A stretch of 64,000 nucleotides of DNA from Leptogorgia sarmentosa (lineage: Eukaryota). A program made the translations under genes and the position numbers. Of the stretch, positions 32,633-45,165 are shown one piece after another. Location: NCBI GenBank assembly GCA_964658305.1, contig OZ210885.1, positions 25,110,001-25,174,000 of the forward strand, written 5' to 3'. Within the stretch, counting starts at the first letter, position 1, and each line of letters begins with the position of its first letter. The notes under the pieces are model-generated. The model saw nothing but the letters and a program-made list of their open reading frames with translations, was not told the DNA's origin and made no database searches.

Positions 32633-32670
32633 TAACCGAAAGGCTGTTGGTTCGAATCCAACCAGGGACG
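32633..32670 (+). pseudogene. tRNA-Asn 3' half
   Basis: TAACCGAAAGGCTGTTGGTTCGAATCCAACCAGGGACG. Confidence 0.6.
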
Positions 32671-32990
32671 TGTTCGGTGTGATGTTATTGAGATGTCGTG
32701 ACGGTAAATGTAACTGCGAGAATCATACCACTAGACCAGCAAGCCATTGATTGTATCAAATTGTTCTCTAATGTACTTTGTACTGACGAAGAAAAATATA
32801 GGATTAATGTATAATATCTCAGGCGTTGCAACTCGATGAGAGGAGATTCTGTTCTCGACGGAAAGAAGTCACACGATGACACATGCGGTGAATGAGTTTG
32901 TATTTAAATGCAAAATTGACAAAACAGAGGCAATGAAAAAATTGATACTTCCCTTGAAGGTATATGTAGGTAATTAACCCAGGTCGACTA

Positions 32991-33430
32991 CGTAATTTTT
33001 TTTCCGTAGACAGTCGGTAGCATCCTTGATGGTCGGTAGCATCATTTACATGTGACCGGCAGTCACAAAGTCGCAGCCTAATATAAAGTTGTTTGCTTAC
33101 GGTACATGCTTACGGCAAGCTGGCTGCTAGGGCTTTCGCTAAGGAGCGCAGCACATAACAAACCGAAGTGCGGTGAGGCTGGAATTTCTTTTCCCCGGAA
33201 GATTTGTTTATTTTTTTAAAAAAGTTTTTTAAATGAAGACATTTTTCCTGGCTTCATAGTGTTTAGGGTTAGACTGTTATAAGGTTAGGGTCAGGTTTAC
33301 CGTTTGGGTTTGGTTTATTTCGTAAAAATAAATGGACTTTAACTACAGTCGAAAATTTCCCGAATAAAAAGTCGATGATGCTACCGACCATCAAGGATGC
33401 TACCAACTGTGTACGGAAAAAAAATTTGCG
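32991..33430. mobile_element. MITE with about 55-bp TIRs and TTAGGG-like interior, inserted just upstream of a tRNA-Cys copy
   Basis: TTTTTCCGTAGACAGTCGGTAGCATCCTTGATGGTCGGTAGCATCAT and its reverse complement; flanks TCGACTA / TAGACTA; absent from the paralogous module near 32150. Confidence 0.8.
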
Positions 33431-33441
33431 TAGACTACACA

Positions 33442-33493
33442 GGGAGTGTGGCTCAGTTGTGGAGCATTCGACTGCAGATCAAGAGGTCGGTGT
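33442..33493 (+). pseudogene. tRNA-Cys(GCA), 3'-truncated
   Basis: GGGAGTGTGGCTCAGTTGTGGAGCATTCGACTGCAGATC, then a deletion. Confidence 0.65.
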
Positions 33494-33564
33494 TATCACA
33501 CCAATAAACTGGAAATCTTCAAAATTCTTGATTTATTCATTTCGAAATACAAGGCAATGCCAAC

Positions 33565-33646
33565 GTAGTCGTGGCCGAGTGGTTAAGGCGACAAACTTGA
33601 AATCTGTTGGGAAATTCCTGCGCAGGTTCAAATCCTGCCGACTACG
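33565..33646 (+). tRNA. tRNA-Ser(TGA)
   Basis: 82 nt; loop CTTGAAA; minor stem mismatches. Confidence 0.82.
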
Positions 33647-34152
33647 GTCGCACCTCCAGCTTTCAAATTTCAGACTGCCACTCCGTACGGTGCAGTCTTT
33701 CTATTTTGTATCAACAGTATTATTTCCGCTGATAAATTTTAGCCTGGGTTTGCTCATTGAATGATTTCTAAGCACCCGATCTTTTCATAAACTTGCCAGC
33801 GTATAAAGCATACAATTCAATGTATACATATTAATGATTATACTATTGAAGAAGGAAATATTTCGGACGTTTTCCTTCTTCTGAACACGAATCTATAAGA
33901 ATAATTAGGAAATCAGTATTTGATTTGAATTGCTTGCCATAGACCTATTTTTGCTGCTGTCAAATAACTAACATAGAATTATTAGAATCGCGTAAAATAC
34001 TGATTTTTTCTACTATCAAAAATGGTTAATCTCGGGAATTCCTGAGAAAGAAAAATCTGACCAATGCTCGAGCCACTTTCGCCACGGTCTGGATCCGCGC
34101 CTGAGACGTCAATGTTAAGTTGAATAACACGAAACCGATCGATTGTAGCAAC

Positions 34153-34234
34153 GTAGTCATGGCCGAGCGGTTAAGGCGACAGACTCGAAATTTGTTGGGA
34201 GTTTCCCGCGCAGGTTGAAATCCTGCCGACTACG
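34153..34234 (+). tRNA. tRNA-Ser(CGA), T-loop mutated
   Basis: 82 nt; loop CTCGAAA; GGTTGAAATCC. Confidence 0.72.
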
Positions 34235-34499
34235 TTATGCAAAGTCTTCAACATTTTCGTCTCGAATGCGAACACGATTTTTTTGGGGAAAAAACTGGAT
34301 GAGAGGAAATTCTGTTCTCGGTGGTGATGGCTGAATGTTTAAATTCCATCTACAAAATCAACGGAAAGAAGTCGCGTTTTTTATTGCATTAGGGTTATGA
34401 AACATGCCAAGAAAGATTTTGTATTTGAAAGTAAAATTGAAACAACATGTCCATGAATTGATTATAGCTGCGTTTCAAAGTATACGTACGTAATTAAAG

Positions 34500-34830
34500 T
34501 GCCGCTTCGCAGAAATTGTGAATAAGTCATATCGCGAAGAACGAACCAGTACGTGATGTTAACAGCCACTTTCGTCCCATTTCCCTTAGTGCGATTGTGT
34601 CGAAAATCGTGGAGGGCTATGTTGTTCATAATTTTATAAAACCAGCTGTGCTTACAAAAGTTGACCGATTCGAAACTCAAGCACCGATTTGAAACTCGTA
34701 AGCATGCTTAACTCTTGGAGTAAATCAACTGATGGCGGTAATGATGTACGAGTAATGCTATTTACTTCAGGAAGGCTTTCGATCTGATAGGTCAGCGTCT
34801 GTTAGTTCACAACCTAGGAGTGTACTGATT
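34500..34830 (+). pseudogene. Non-LTR retrotransposon RT fragment
   Basis: KNEPVRDVNSHFRPISLSAIVSKIVEG...FRKAFDLI-like translation with frameshifts. Confidence 0.65.
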
Positions 34831-34939
34831 ATATAATTTCTCTTTAGTAAACATTCTCATCGTTTGAAGTGGTGCCTTTTGTTGTACAAGAAAGGAAGAA
34901 ACGTGAAACAACTCGGAAACATTGTCATGATCGTGTTAA

Positions 34940-35011
34940 GGTTCTGTGGTGTAATGGTTAGCACTTTGGACTCTGAATCCAGTGATCCGAGTTCAAGTCT
35001 CGGCAGAGCCT
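34940..35011 (+). tRNA. tRNA-Gln(CTG)
   Basis: GGTTCTGTGGTGTAATGGTTAGCAC..CTCTGAA..GTTCAAGTCTCGG..GAGCCT. Confidence 0.85.
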
Positions 35012-35278
35012 ATTTTCGAAATTACATTTGATTTTTTTATAATGAAGCGAATGAATTTCATTACCTTTTTCTTCCACCATTCATTTGGCAATTTAGAGTT
35101 AATTGAAACAAATTGATCCAAGAACAAAATTAATGTGAAGGTGAACTTGATAATTTAATTACTAAAGGAATACTCGTATTTGGCTCACGTCAGTTCTCGA
35201 GAGAAATTCAGAACGGGATGTGGCATGTTGAAGGCAGAAAAGAATAAATGTGGTAGGAAATTCCATGTTTTCATGTGT

Positions 35279-35403
35279 GTCAGGATGGCAGAGCGGTCTA
35301 AAGGCGGCAGACTCAAGTGCAAAAACTTGTCACAATCAACCTTGACATAATAGGGCGTTCTGGTCCACATATGTGGTCGTGGGTTCGAATCCCACTCCTG
35401 ACA
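35279..35403 (+). tRNA. tRNA-Leu(CAA) with 40-nt intron (35318-35357)
   Basis: GTCAGGATGGCAGAGCGGTCTAAAGGC..CTCAAG[intron]TTCTGG..GGTTCGAATCCCACTCCTGACA. Confidence 0.82.
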
Positions 35404-35545
35404 ACAAATTTACAAAAAAATTGTGAACATTTCTTTTCAGAGCCGATCTATTTACTCAAATTCGATTTCACCAAGAAATGTTTCTGGTTTTTTACATAAA
35501 AATTCCAATGAAAAAATTTTCTCCATTTAAAAAAGCTCATATGTA

Positions 35546-35618
35546 TGTTTCCGCCCAGGTTCGAACTGAAGACCTTGCGCGTGTTAAGCGCATGTGATGA
35601 CCACTACACTACGGAAAC
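35546..35618 (-). tRNA. tRNA-Val(AAC)
   Basis: Reverse complement GTTTCCGTAGTGTAGTGGTCATCAC..TTAACAC..GTTCGAAC..GGAAACA. Confidence 0.85.
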
Positions 35619-35769
35619 TGACCATTTGTAGATGGAAAACTTGGACCTTGAACCTGTCACTTTAAACATTCAGCCCCCGGCACCGAGAACAGAATCTGCT
35701 CTCATCAAGTTTTTCCCCCGAAATATTCATGTTTACCTTTGAGGCCAAAATATTGAAGATGTTGTATAA

Positions 35770-35851
35770 CGTAGTTGGCAGGATTTGAACCTGTGCGAGA
35801 AACTCCCAACAGATTTCTAGTCTGTCGCCTTAACCACTCTGCCACGACTAT
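35770..35851 (-). tRNA. tRNA-Ser(AGA), diverged
   Basis: Inverted paralog of 31774-31855. Confidence 0.78.
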
Positions 35852-36064
35852 GTTGGCATTAACCTTGGCTTGAACTTCAAAATGAAAAAATGTTCAACCT
35901 GGCAGTAAAATCCAACAAAATGTTTTAGTAATTAACAGCAGGACTAATCGTTTTCAAGTATTGGTGGATATATTTAACACGAATCGTAGTATGTGGGTCG
36001 TATATTTCCCATCAGGCCGCTTTATTGAATTTGAAAGTTTTCCAGTTTATATAGCTAAGATTAA

Positions 36065-36135
36065 AAGGAGCGGGCCATTTGAACCACCGACCTCTCGATC
36101 TGCAGTCGAATGCTCTACCACTGAGCTACACTCCT
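36065..36135 (-). tRNA. tRNA-Cys(GCA), diverged
   Basis: Inverted paralog of 32167-32238. Confidence 0.75.
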
Positions 36136-36278
36136 GTGTACTCTACCAGGTTAATTACGTACATATACTTTCAAACTCAGCTATAATCAATTCACAGACC
36201 TCTTTGTTTTCTATTCAACATTCAAATACAAAATCATTCTTGGCATGTTTCATAAACTTAATACAATAAAAAACGCAA

Positions 36279-36460
36279 CTGGGGTCAACTTTTGTAAGCA
36301 CAGCTGGTTTTATAAAATTATCAACAACATAGCCCTCCACGACTTTCGACATAACCGCACTAAGGGAAATGGACCGAAAGTGGCGGTTAACATCGCGTAC
36401 TGGTTCTTTTTTCGGAATTTCTACAACATCAGCGTGTTTCCAAGATTGTGAAAGCATTTG
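36279..36460 (-). pseudogene. Non-LTR retrotransposon RT fragment (paralog of 34500-34830)
   Basis: SWKHADVVEIPKKEPVRDVNRHFRSISLSAVMSKVVEG. Confidence 0.7.
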
Positions 36461-36596
36461 AAAAAAAAACAATAATGGATGCTATTTTTCGACAAAAATC
36501 TGATTAAGTGCAGTGTTTGCAAAAGCCACATTGAATGGGAAAAAGGAACTTCAACGGTGACTATGCCCGCAATGGTGATTACAATACTGAAACTGA

Positions 36597-36668
36597 TGCC
36601 GTGACGAGGATTCGAACCTGGGTTATTGCGGCCACAACGCAATGTACTAACCACTATACGATCACGGC
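36597..36668 (-). tRNA. tRNA-His(GTG)
   Basis: Reverse complement GCCGTGATCGTATAGTGGTTAGTAC..TTGTGGC..GGTTCGAATCC..CACGGCA. Confidence 0.85.
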
Positions 36669-36749
36669 GACTTCGCTGCAAGATAGGAAAATCTTTCGGA
36701 ACTGCTGAGATATCACATTAACTCCATAATTTTCTTTGTCAATACAAAT

Positions 36750-36821
36750 GACTTGCTGGTCTAGTGGTATGATTCTCGCTTTGGGTGCGAGAGGTCACGG
36801 GTTCGATTCCTGTGCAAGCCC
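36750..36821 (+). tRNA. tRNA-Pro(TGG)
   Basis: GACTTGCTGGTCTAGTGGTATGATTCTCGCTTTGGGTGCGAGAGG..GGTTCGATTCC. Confidence 0.82.
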
Positions 36822-36840
36822 TAGTTAATTAACCGAGTAA

Positions 36841-37430
36841 AGCCGAGGTCAAACGTCTCTCTTTTAATGCGCCGAACTTAATGCAATAAATGCGACAAAC
36901 GACCAACTTTGGAACGGCTCACAATCAAACGTCGACCCAAATAGGTCGCTTTGAATTAAATTCATGATATTTACAAGAAGTATGGTTTATTTAGTGGGAA
37001 ATTAGAAAATGGCACCAGTGAAAAAAAAATTTTTTTCGAAAAATATTGGAAAATAGGAAAAAATGGCAAAACCTTAGGCAATAACCCTGTCCCTGTCATG
37101 CAGAAGACTGAATGTTTACAACTTCTTTCTTGCCATATTTCTGTTGCAATCGTTAAACTCACGGGTTTCATTTTTCGTTTTCAAAGAAACAATGGTTGGT
37201 GGAGTTTAGTGTGGAGCACCTATTCTGACGAACGTTTTAAGAAACCATTTCGTGTGTCGAGAGCAATATTTTTCTTCATCTCTCTCGCATACACCATAAG
37301 TTGGAGCGCAAAACAGTATGTGAGGAGCCAGTCTCACCGGAATGTCGTCTAGGTTTGTGCCTTTACCGTCTTGGTCGTGGTGATTATTTTTACTCCATAT
37401 CAGAAATGGTTGGTCTTGGTCAGTCTACCG
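36841..37430 (+). mobile_element. PIF/Harbinger left end and transposase 5' fragment
   Basis: TAA then AGCCGAGGTCAAACG..GCGCCGAACTTAATGC, similar to the terminus at 41649; RNNGWWSLVW..EEPVSPECRLGLCLYRLGRGDY. Confidence 0.65.
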
Positions 37431-39688
37431 GTGGCAGCCGCAGAATACCTTTCATAAATTTAGCGATGGTAAAGTTTCAGAATTTGCGCAAAGAACAGTC
37501 TCTTGTCGTATTCAACCACCACTTCCGCACCTTCACATAAGGTCTGGTTTGACTCCAGTATCCGTCTAACTTTGGTGGTAGGCAAAATGCATGTAGTCTT
37601 GTCTACTTCAAAAAAACCCAACATCCGTTTGGGTTGACAAGTCAGCGATCGATAGCTCATCTTGTTTCTATAACTAGTATTGGTCACGGAGTTCTGTGCT
37701 TCGGCTTTAGCGCGTATCGAATGGGTATGAAAATAAGTGACGTAAAATATTGAAAAATAGACTGTTTCTATGCCATTCTTAGGTATGCCATTAAGGGATT
37801 AATAAAAGTAATTTATCCAAAAATTATCATATCTATCAGGTAATTATGTTGTTATTATGATTTTATAATTGAGATAAGAAGTCGAAAATAGTTTAGTGTG
37901 TCCCTTCATAGTAAGGTGTTACTCGCACTGGTAGAACCATTGGATCAATTGACTTTATCGCCACCCATGCGCATGGGGTGGCATATATTCAAATATGGAA
38001 ATTTTACGATTTGAATATACGCCGCCAGCCTCTATTATTGTTATTGTTTGAAAGACATTGAAATAATTTATTGTGTTGTGGATTAACTGTGACATTTTTA
38101 ACATCCCATTTTCGAAACAAATTGAAATTAATGACAAAGGACTTGCGTTTGTAACATGTTAATAGCCAATACTGCGCGTCTTTTAGCTGTGCTGTTTTGA
38201 TCAAAACAAACTCACATTTAGCCGATCACTCATCACTAAACTTCATTATAGTAAACCGCAACGTTCATCACAAATTTCAAAAGCGAGACATATTTTTACG
38301 AGTACTGGGATTCTGAAAATTTCCTTAAACTCAAATTCAAAAACATATGTCAGGTAAGTCATTGTCGGAATTTATAGGCAATACTATTAGCGCCAATGAA
38401 TGTTATGCAACTGTTAAAATGTTTTCCATGTGATTACATTAATACATTTAAACGTTCCAATCTACGTTTCGATCCGAGTATATGTGTGAATATTTTTTAT
38501 GACAGTTGTAGACTCTACAGTCGAAACGTAAAGTATTTGCGACAATATTGGATCAAAATAACTACAAAATAATACACATAACCATATTATGTAGCACTAA
38601 TCATGACTGAGAATCTCCAATGGAGAATATTAACATGATTTTTATTACAGCATTGTCATTTCCAATAGTGGTTATGGTAAATATAACATTTTTATTTCAA
38701 TAAAACGCATTTTCGGAATGAACATTTTTTCCTCGTCAATCCGATCGCTAACCCTGTATTCTCACGATAAACTCCGAGCATATGGAAATGCTGTCAATTA
38801 CAAGAAATCAACAATTTCATTGATGTTTCATAGACCAACTAAATGTTGTGATCTACTTTATTATAACATGATCCAAACTAAAAATCAGTGCTCCCTCCCC
38901 TTGTTCGCTCCCCCATCTATACTGTAAGATATTGCAAATACATATTTGCAGCAACCCCTCGCCTTACTAACCAATTAATGCAACTATATTTTTGGAACAT
39001 GAAGTACTTCAAAGCCGCCTGAGGTTGTTGTCATGGAAACACGATTGGAAATTCATATTTCTGTATTTTTTTTGAAAACAGTCAAAATATCAGCTTTTAT
39101 CTTTGTTTTATTGGCCTTTTTTAATTTGGAGAACCATGTGTTATCCGTACGTTATTAGGAAAACGATAAACTTGAATTTGGTGCGAAATACTACATTTAT
39201 TTGGCTTAAAAAGTAAATAAAAAGCAAAAGTTCACTGCCGACAATATATTGACGAATTTATCTTGTGTTTTCAATCCGTTTGTTGCATTTTCTCAGCATT
39301 TTATATCTTCTGCGAAGGCTTTTCCAGTCTTATAGCATAGATCTTGTCTATGTTTTCGCCTTTCCAAAAGCTTTAAAAAGCTTCGGCTCTTCATGATAGT
39401 CGCCATAATTTTGAGATCAGTGAAGACCTCAGGTTTTATAGACTCAAACAACTCAAACAGTTTATAAACTTATAATAAGCTAACAAATCTGACTATGAAA
39501 ATTAAAGTAAAATGTACGGGAGGGGGTGGGGTTTCATGTGTATGGTAAGTATTTTTATCGAAAATCAAGCACGTTTGATAAATTGCACGGGGGAGGGGAT
39601 TTCCCAATCCAATAAGTTGCAGAAAGAAACTTGTACCCACGCAATCAAAGAGCGTGCAAAATATGCATTTTCCCACGCAAACATTTAA

Positions 39689-39830
39689 CACTTATTGACT
39701 GGGCCCAAGGGAAACAGTGTGTTTTGTGGACCCGAGACCGTCGATGTTTCCCGAGGCGAAGCCGAGGGAAACATCGATGGTCGAGGGTCCACAAAACACA
39801 CTGGTTTCCCGAGGGCCCAGTCAATAAGTG
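39689..39830. repeat. 142-bp near-perfect hairpin centred on CGAGGCGAAGCCGAG (foldback element)
   Basis: CACTTATTGACTGGGCCC...GGGCCCAGTCAATAAGTG inverted arms of about 65 bp. Confidence 0.85.
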
Positions 39831-40155
39831 CTTTATTATTATACCAATCGTCAAAGAAACGACAAAATAAAGTGGAACAAGTGAACAAGAAGAATGCACG
39901 AAATATTTTATTCTTAAAATATTAAATTAAATTAAAGCATTAGCAGGTCGTCCAAAGGTCGCGTCTTCACGTGATGGCGCACGTGATTTTTTGTTGTTGT
40001 TCACCGGTGAATAACGTATTATCTCCCTCTCTTGCTGATGCGAGGGAGACAGTCTAATTTCGTCACTCTCACGTGATACGCTCTCGACCAATGAAAAACA
40101 AAAAAAGGGAAACTTTGACGATTTGTATATAATAAAATTCTTTGTTGGAAGAATG

Positions 40156-40416
40156 GCATGCCTCTGATACGTATCTGGAATACATGCCTCTGATACGTAT
40201 CTGGAATACATGGAATACATATGTCTCTGATACGTATCTGGAATACATGCCTCTGATACGTATCTGGAATACATGCTTTTGATACGTATCTGGAACAAAA
40301 GCCTCTGATACGTATCTGGAATAAATGCCTCCGATACGTATCTGGAATACATGTTTCGGATACGTATCTGGAATACCTGCCTCTGATACGTATCTGGAAT
40401 ACAAGCTTCGGATACA
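40156..40416. repeat. 26-bp minisatellite with palindromic core GATACGTATC, about 10 copies
   Basis: Unit ATGCCTCTGATACGTATCTGGAATAC. Confidence 0.92.
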
Positions 40417-40475
40417 CTTGATGCAGTAACACAGTCAACTCGTTAAAACAAGAAAACCATAATTTTAAACCGTAT

Positions 40476-41649
40476 TTACCTTCCTTTCCTCCACCTTCCT
40501 TTCATTTGACCAAAAGCACCCTCTGTGACCATTCTTGCCCTACTCAAACGGTAGTTGAAATTGGACTGTTTCGTTGCGAGTACTGCATTAGTGTATGGTT
40601 TCATCATCCAGGTTTGTAGAGGGAATGCAGAGTCGCCCAAAAGTAGAGGGTAAATGACAGTTTTATCAACAGTCTGACCAATGTTTGGAATTGCATTAGT
40701 TTCAGTTATATTGTTCCAAAGCTCAAAGGACTGAAAGATAATGGAATCGTGCGAATTTCCTGGGAATCCACAGCTTGCCCACAGAAATCTATAGTTTGAG
40801 TCGACTATTGCCATTAATACCACAGAGTAAAAGTTTTTGTAGTTGTGGTACTCTTTGCATGCTTCAAGCCCCCCAGAGGGACACTTAATAGGTATGTGGC
40901 AACCGTCTATTGACCCCCAACAAAAAGGAAATTGCCAGAGTTCCTCCACATCTAAAATTCTTTTTTCAAAATCTTCTTCGGTTTTAGGCATGTGTTATTC
41001 TACAGATAAGTTCCATAAATTTGCAATAATGGCTTCAGTCACCTCTTTCACAATTAAGCAAACTGTTGCCACACCTAATCCGACCATTTCTGCGATTGTA
41101 TAATAATAATCTCCTCTGGCAAGCCGGTATAAGCATATGCCCAATCTACATTCTGGCGATATTGGTTCCTTGGTTACAACATGGTGCCGTATATCATGTT
41201 TTATGTGTTCTGAAATAAATTGGAATGTACCCCTAGAAATTCTAAGTGAATCACTTCTCTGAGTAGCTATTCCAAACCAATTCCCACCAACCTTGATTTC
41301 GCTGATATCGACGACAAGAACGACGACGAGCAGGTGTGCTTGACAGTATTGCAAGGGTTGTTAAACAAGTATGAAAAAGTACACGTCGTTTCCATAAGCC
41401 GTAAAGCAGCACAGTTAAAAGTCTTCTATGTTTATTGCGCCTGGCAATGTTCTGACGAAGTAATTGCAACCCAAGTTTTGACAAACACGCCAAAAGGGTG
41501 ATGATATACTTCATGTTATTTCCATATATGTGACCGTCCTTTTTGGGCACAGCACAATTAAGTCTGACGTCTAAATCACTTGCCGTACTTGTGTCGTACT
41601 GAATTGTATTAGGTTCGGCGCATGAAAAGTTCGGCGTCTAAACCAGGCC
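40476..41649 (-). mobile_element. PIF/Harbinger element, 3'-truncated, frameshifted transposase
   Basis: Terminus GGCCTGGTTTAGACG.. next to TAA at 41650; GSIDGCHIPI, GNSHDS, LLGDSAFP, FNYRLSRARMVTEGAFG in ORFs 41251-41550, 40995-41354 and 40476-40991. Confidence 0.85.
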
Positions 41650-41714
41650 TAAGACATTACAGAAATACATATTCACTGTAGTGTTTATACTGAGACACAA
41701 ATTACTGAAGTGCC

Positions 41715-42087
41715 TACCTCCTTTAGCATTCTTTAAGAAAGGGTAATCATGGAGAATCTTCCAAACTCGTGTGTTATTTCCAACCACATCTCGTCTTCGT
41801 TTTGGAAAAGTGTTATCCATTAAGACTTTAACTTTTTGGAGATCTTGGGAACCATGGTTGTATAACTGGACCAATTGCTTTCTTTGCTCCTCCAATGTCT
41901 CGTCAGTCTCTCCATCAGGAAATGGAGGCAATACATCAACAACGGTAACCTTAATTTTCTTACAACCAAGTTTTCCTTTCGGAATCACAATGCCTTCCTC
42001 CAAAAACTTTTTTTTTTCATTCCGTGCAGATTGCCTCCTTATGTTGAGCACTCTTTCTTGAATTTTTTTCGCCAAAAATTGCTGCAA
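41715..42087 (-). pseudogene. Exon of an unidentified, probably transposon-borne protein
   Basis: PDGETDETLEEQRKQL..LMDNTFPKRRRDV..YPFL followed by a GT donor; no complete gene visible. Confidence 0.4.
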
Positions 42088-43044
42088 AATGAGTTTATTT
42101 TACACACTTAGCAAAACATTAGTAACAACAAACTAATCACCTTACTTTTAACACTTTTACCTTTTTCAAACCCACTAATCGACTCAAAATGTCATTACAG
42201 AAGTCTGTATCGTTCCCGAATCTGAAATGTTGAACAGGCATTTTTGCATGTAAATAAATAAGTTGTGTAAAGTCTTTGGATACTCAAGCGTAAAAATGTA
42301 ATAACATGCGAATAGAGTTGGTAGTCCGCGACCACCAATATTCGTGAAATGGTATCTACAACATAGCCTACATTGATTTTTGTGACGCTTGCGTGCATAT
42401 TTTTTTCACAAAACATATAACACAACTTGGCGTTCTGAAGAGGGTGTGAAAACCGCCTAAATGATGCCCTGAAAAAGACGAAGACAACGTCCTAGACTAA
42501 ACCGGAAGTAAAATTCTTATTGCCACGCCATTTTCACATCGTCTTAGATGTCGCGTCGTGTTCTAAATCTATCTATTATAATTTTTATAAGAACCCGTTA
42601 ACACAGGCAGGCAGGCTGTAGCAAGGAAATTTTTGTGTCCCGGTAGAACTGAACTCACCAAGTATCAAATAATTATGGAATTCTGCTGATAACAAAGCCA
42701 TGTAAGAAATTGATGGAATATTTCAAAATATGAAAGCAAAAATATCCCAACCGCCTTATAACCGGTATATCCAAGAATACAAGGTTTGCTCCTCTGAAAT
42801 CTTTTACTGCATCTTTTACTGCATCTTGCAATGTAGCTGGGCCTAACTCCTCCAGACAGTTTCTCTCAATAACTCCAACCAGACTGCCCAAGTATATTTT
42901 TCAGCCTTGTGTAAAGGAATGAGTATGTGATGATTTGTATTTTGCATCCCCTTTCAAATCTTTTTTTGTCAATTTCTGTCCTTTTAACTTGAATGCTCTG
43001 TATGGAATGCCAGGACTGTCTCATGTTATTAAAACTGATTATTT

Positions 43045-43340
43045 TGGGTGCTTTTATATTTATATAGGGTGCTTTTATATTTATATAGGGTGCTTTTATA
43101 TTTATATAGGGTGCTTTTATATTTATATTCGGTGCTTTTGTCTTTATATTGGGTACTTTTGTCTTTATATTGGGTGCTTCTGTCTTTATATTGGGTGCTT
43201 TGGTCTTTATATTGGGTGGTTTTGTCTTTATATTGGGTGCTTCTGTCTTTATATTGGGTGGTTTTGTCTTTATATTGGGTGCTTTTGTCTTTATATTGGG
43301 TGCTTTTGTCTTTATATTGGGTGCTTTTGTCTTTATATTC
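43045..43340. repeat. 21-bp minisatellite GGGTGCTTTTGTCTTTATATT, about 14 copies
   Basis: Direct tandem units; explains spurious ORFs 42935-43403. Confidence 0.93.
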
Positions 43341-43470
43341 GGAAATATATTCAGTGCTTTTGTTTATGTGAGCCTCCGTTATTCTAAACCAGTAATAATT
43401 TAATGGCCGTAGACGACAACACGACGATACCTACCCGACAGCGTGCCGACATTGCCATTGAATATCCAAA

Positions 43471-44861
43471 ATGGTCGACCCTGAGAGTTCAAAACAAATT
43501 GCTGACATACTGAGGAAGTTGAACATGGAAAGTAAAATTGATTTATTTCGAAACGAAAAGATATCTGCCGACATTGTTTATCATTTATCGTCAGCTGATT
43601 TAGAGGCGCTTGGTGTATTAAACCGCACTGATATGATGTCACTAAGAATGGAATGTGTTAAATACGGATAACAGCAGCCAAACCAAAGTTCAGATGAATT
43701 ACAAAGTGGTTCGCCATCATTTTTTATTCCCAAATCGGTGCTCAAATCACATATTGAAGAGAATTTCACAATTTCTGAAATTGCATTGACGATATGATTG
43801 AAATGCTTGACGTTTCGGAAAGTACAATATATCGACGAATGCGATTGTATGATCTCAGCAAACTGGATTTCACCCTTATTTCTGAAGAAGACCTTGATCG
43901 CCATGTGCTTGAAATATCAAAGCAGTTTCCACAGTCAGGAGAAAACATGGTGAAGGGTATCCTTTTACAAAGAGGCATCAAGGTGCAGAGAATGAAACTC
44001 AGGGACAGTTTGCACAGAGTTGACGAAGAAGGTATCCAGAGATGGAGGCTAGGTCGCTTGACAAGAAGAGTGTATGCTGTGCGAGGACCAAATTACCTCT
44101 GGCATGTGGACACAAACCACAAGCTGGTAAGGTGGCATTTTATCATTGTTGGTGGAGTGGATGGTTACAGCCGTCTGCCTGTTATGTTAAAATACACTGA
44201 TAATAACAAAGCAGATATTTTGTTGCACTGGTTCATTACAGCAGTAAACCAGTATGGCCTACCAAGCAGAGTTCGGTCCGATAAAGGAGGCGAGAATGTT
44301 GCAATAGCGGATTACATGATATCCAGAAGAGGTACTCAACGAGGCAGTATGATAACGGGTAAAAGTACTCACAACCAGAGAATAGAAAGATTATGGAGGG
44401 ACATATATGAAGGAGTACTTGGTTTATATTACAGGTTGTTTTATTTCATGGAAGATCAGCATATCTCAAATCCTTTGAATGATATCCACCTAGTAGCACT
44501 GCACCATGTCTTCTTACCAAAGATTAACAATCACTTGGATGTTTGGAAACAAGCATGGTCGACACATAGAATGCGCACTACCAGGTCGAGTCCTCTGCGA
44601 ATGTGGGTAGCAGGCCAGTTACAAAATCCAATGGGCATTGAACTTACTACTGATGAAATTGACAATTATGGTGTTGATGGAAATATTGACGATAGCACAG
44701 TAGATAACGAAAGGCCGATTTTCTACCCTCCGTCTTTTGTGGTTCCAGAAGCCTGTGAACACATCCTCGACAATGAAGCACCTGCAACAGAGAGTTCTCC
44801 AAATTTCGGTATTGACATATATTTAAGAGCTCTTAACATTATCCAGAACTTTTCACATTAG
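43471..44861 (+). pseudogene. IS3EU-like (IS3/IS481-related) DDE transposase with N-terminal SAM-like and HTH regions; stop and frameshift
   Basis: [54 protein letters not shown] at 43669; frameshift near 43790. Confidence 0.78.
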
Positions 44862-45165
44862 TTTTTTCCTAATAAATGTTTAATACATGTTAAGTACATC
44901 ATAAAAAAGTATTACGTATTGCTCATTTAGAGGTCTTATTATATATATAATATATACATAGTACATACTCATGTTCGAACTTCACAGTATAGTTTAACAA
45001 TAATCTCAACAATAACCATAACAGTTTTCAAAGGCAATAACCATAACAGTTCTCAGCTATAAGGCAAAATTGATATACTTGTGTAGTTGTGTTTGCCAAA
45101 GTTTGTTTGAACTATAAATAGCTTCCAACATAGGCAAAATACACTGTATACGTCTTAAGTAGAAT

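Noticed and set aside
37690..39600. Short ORFs and possible transposon remnants
   Set aside because: AT-rich, with no motif or paired termini I can support.
39927..40438. Three overlapping minus-strand ORFs
   Set aside because: Produced by the 26-bp minisatellite.
42935..43403. Hydrophobic repeat-protein ORFs
   Set aside because: Produced by the 21-bp minisatellite in all three frames.
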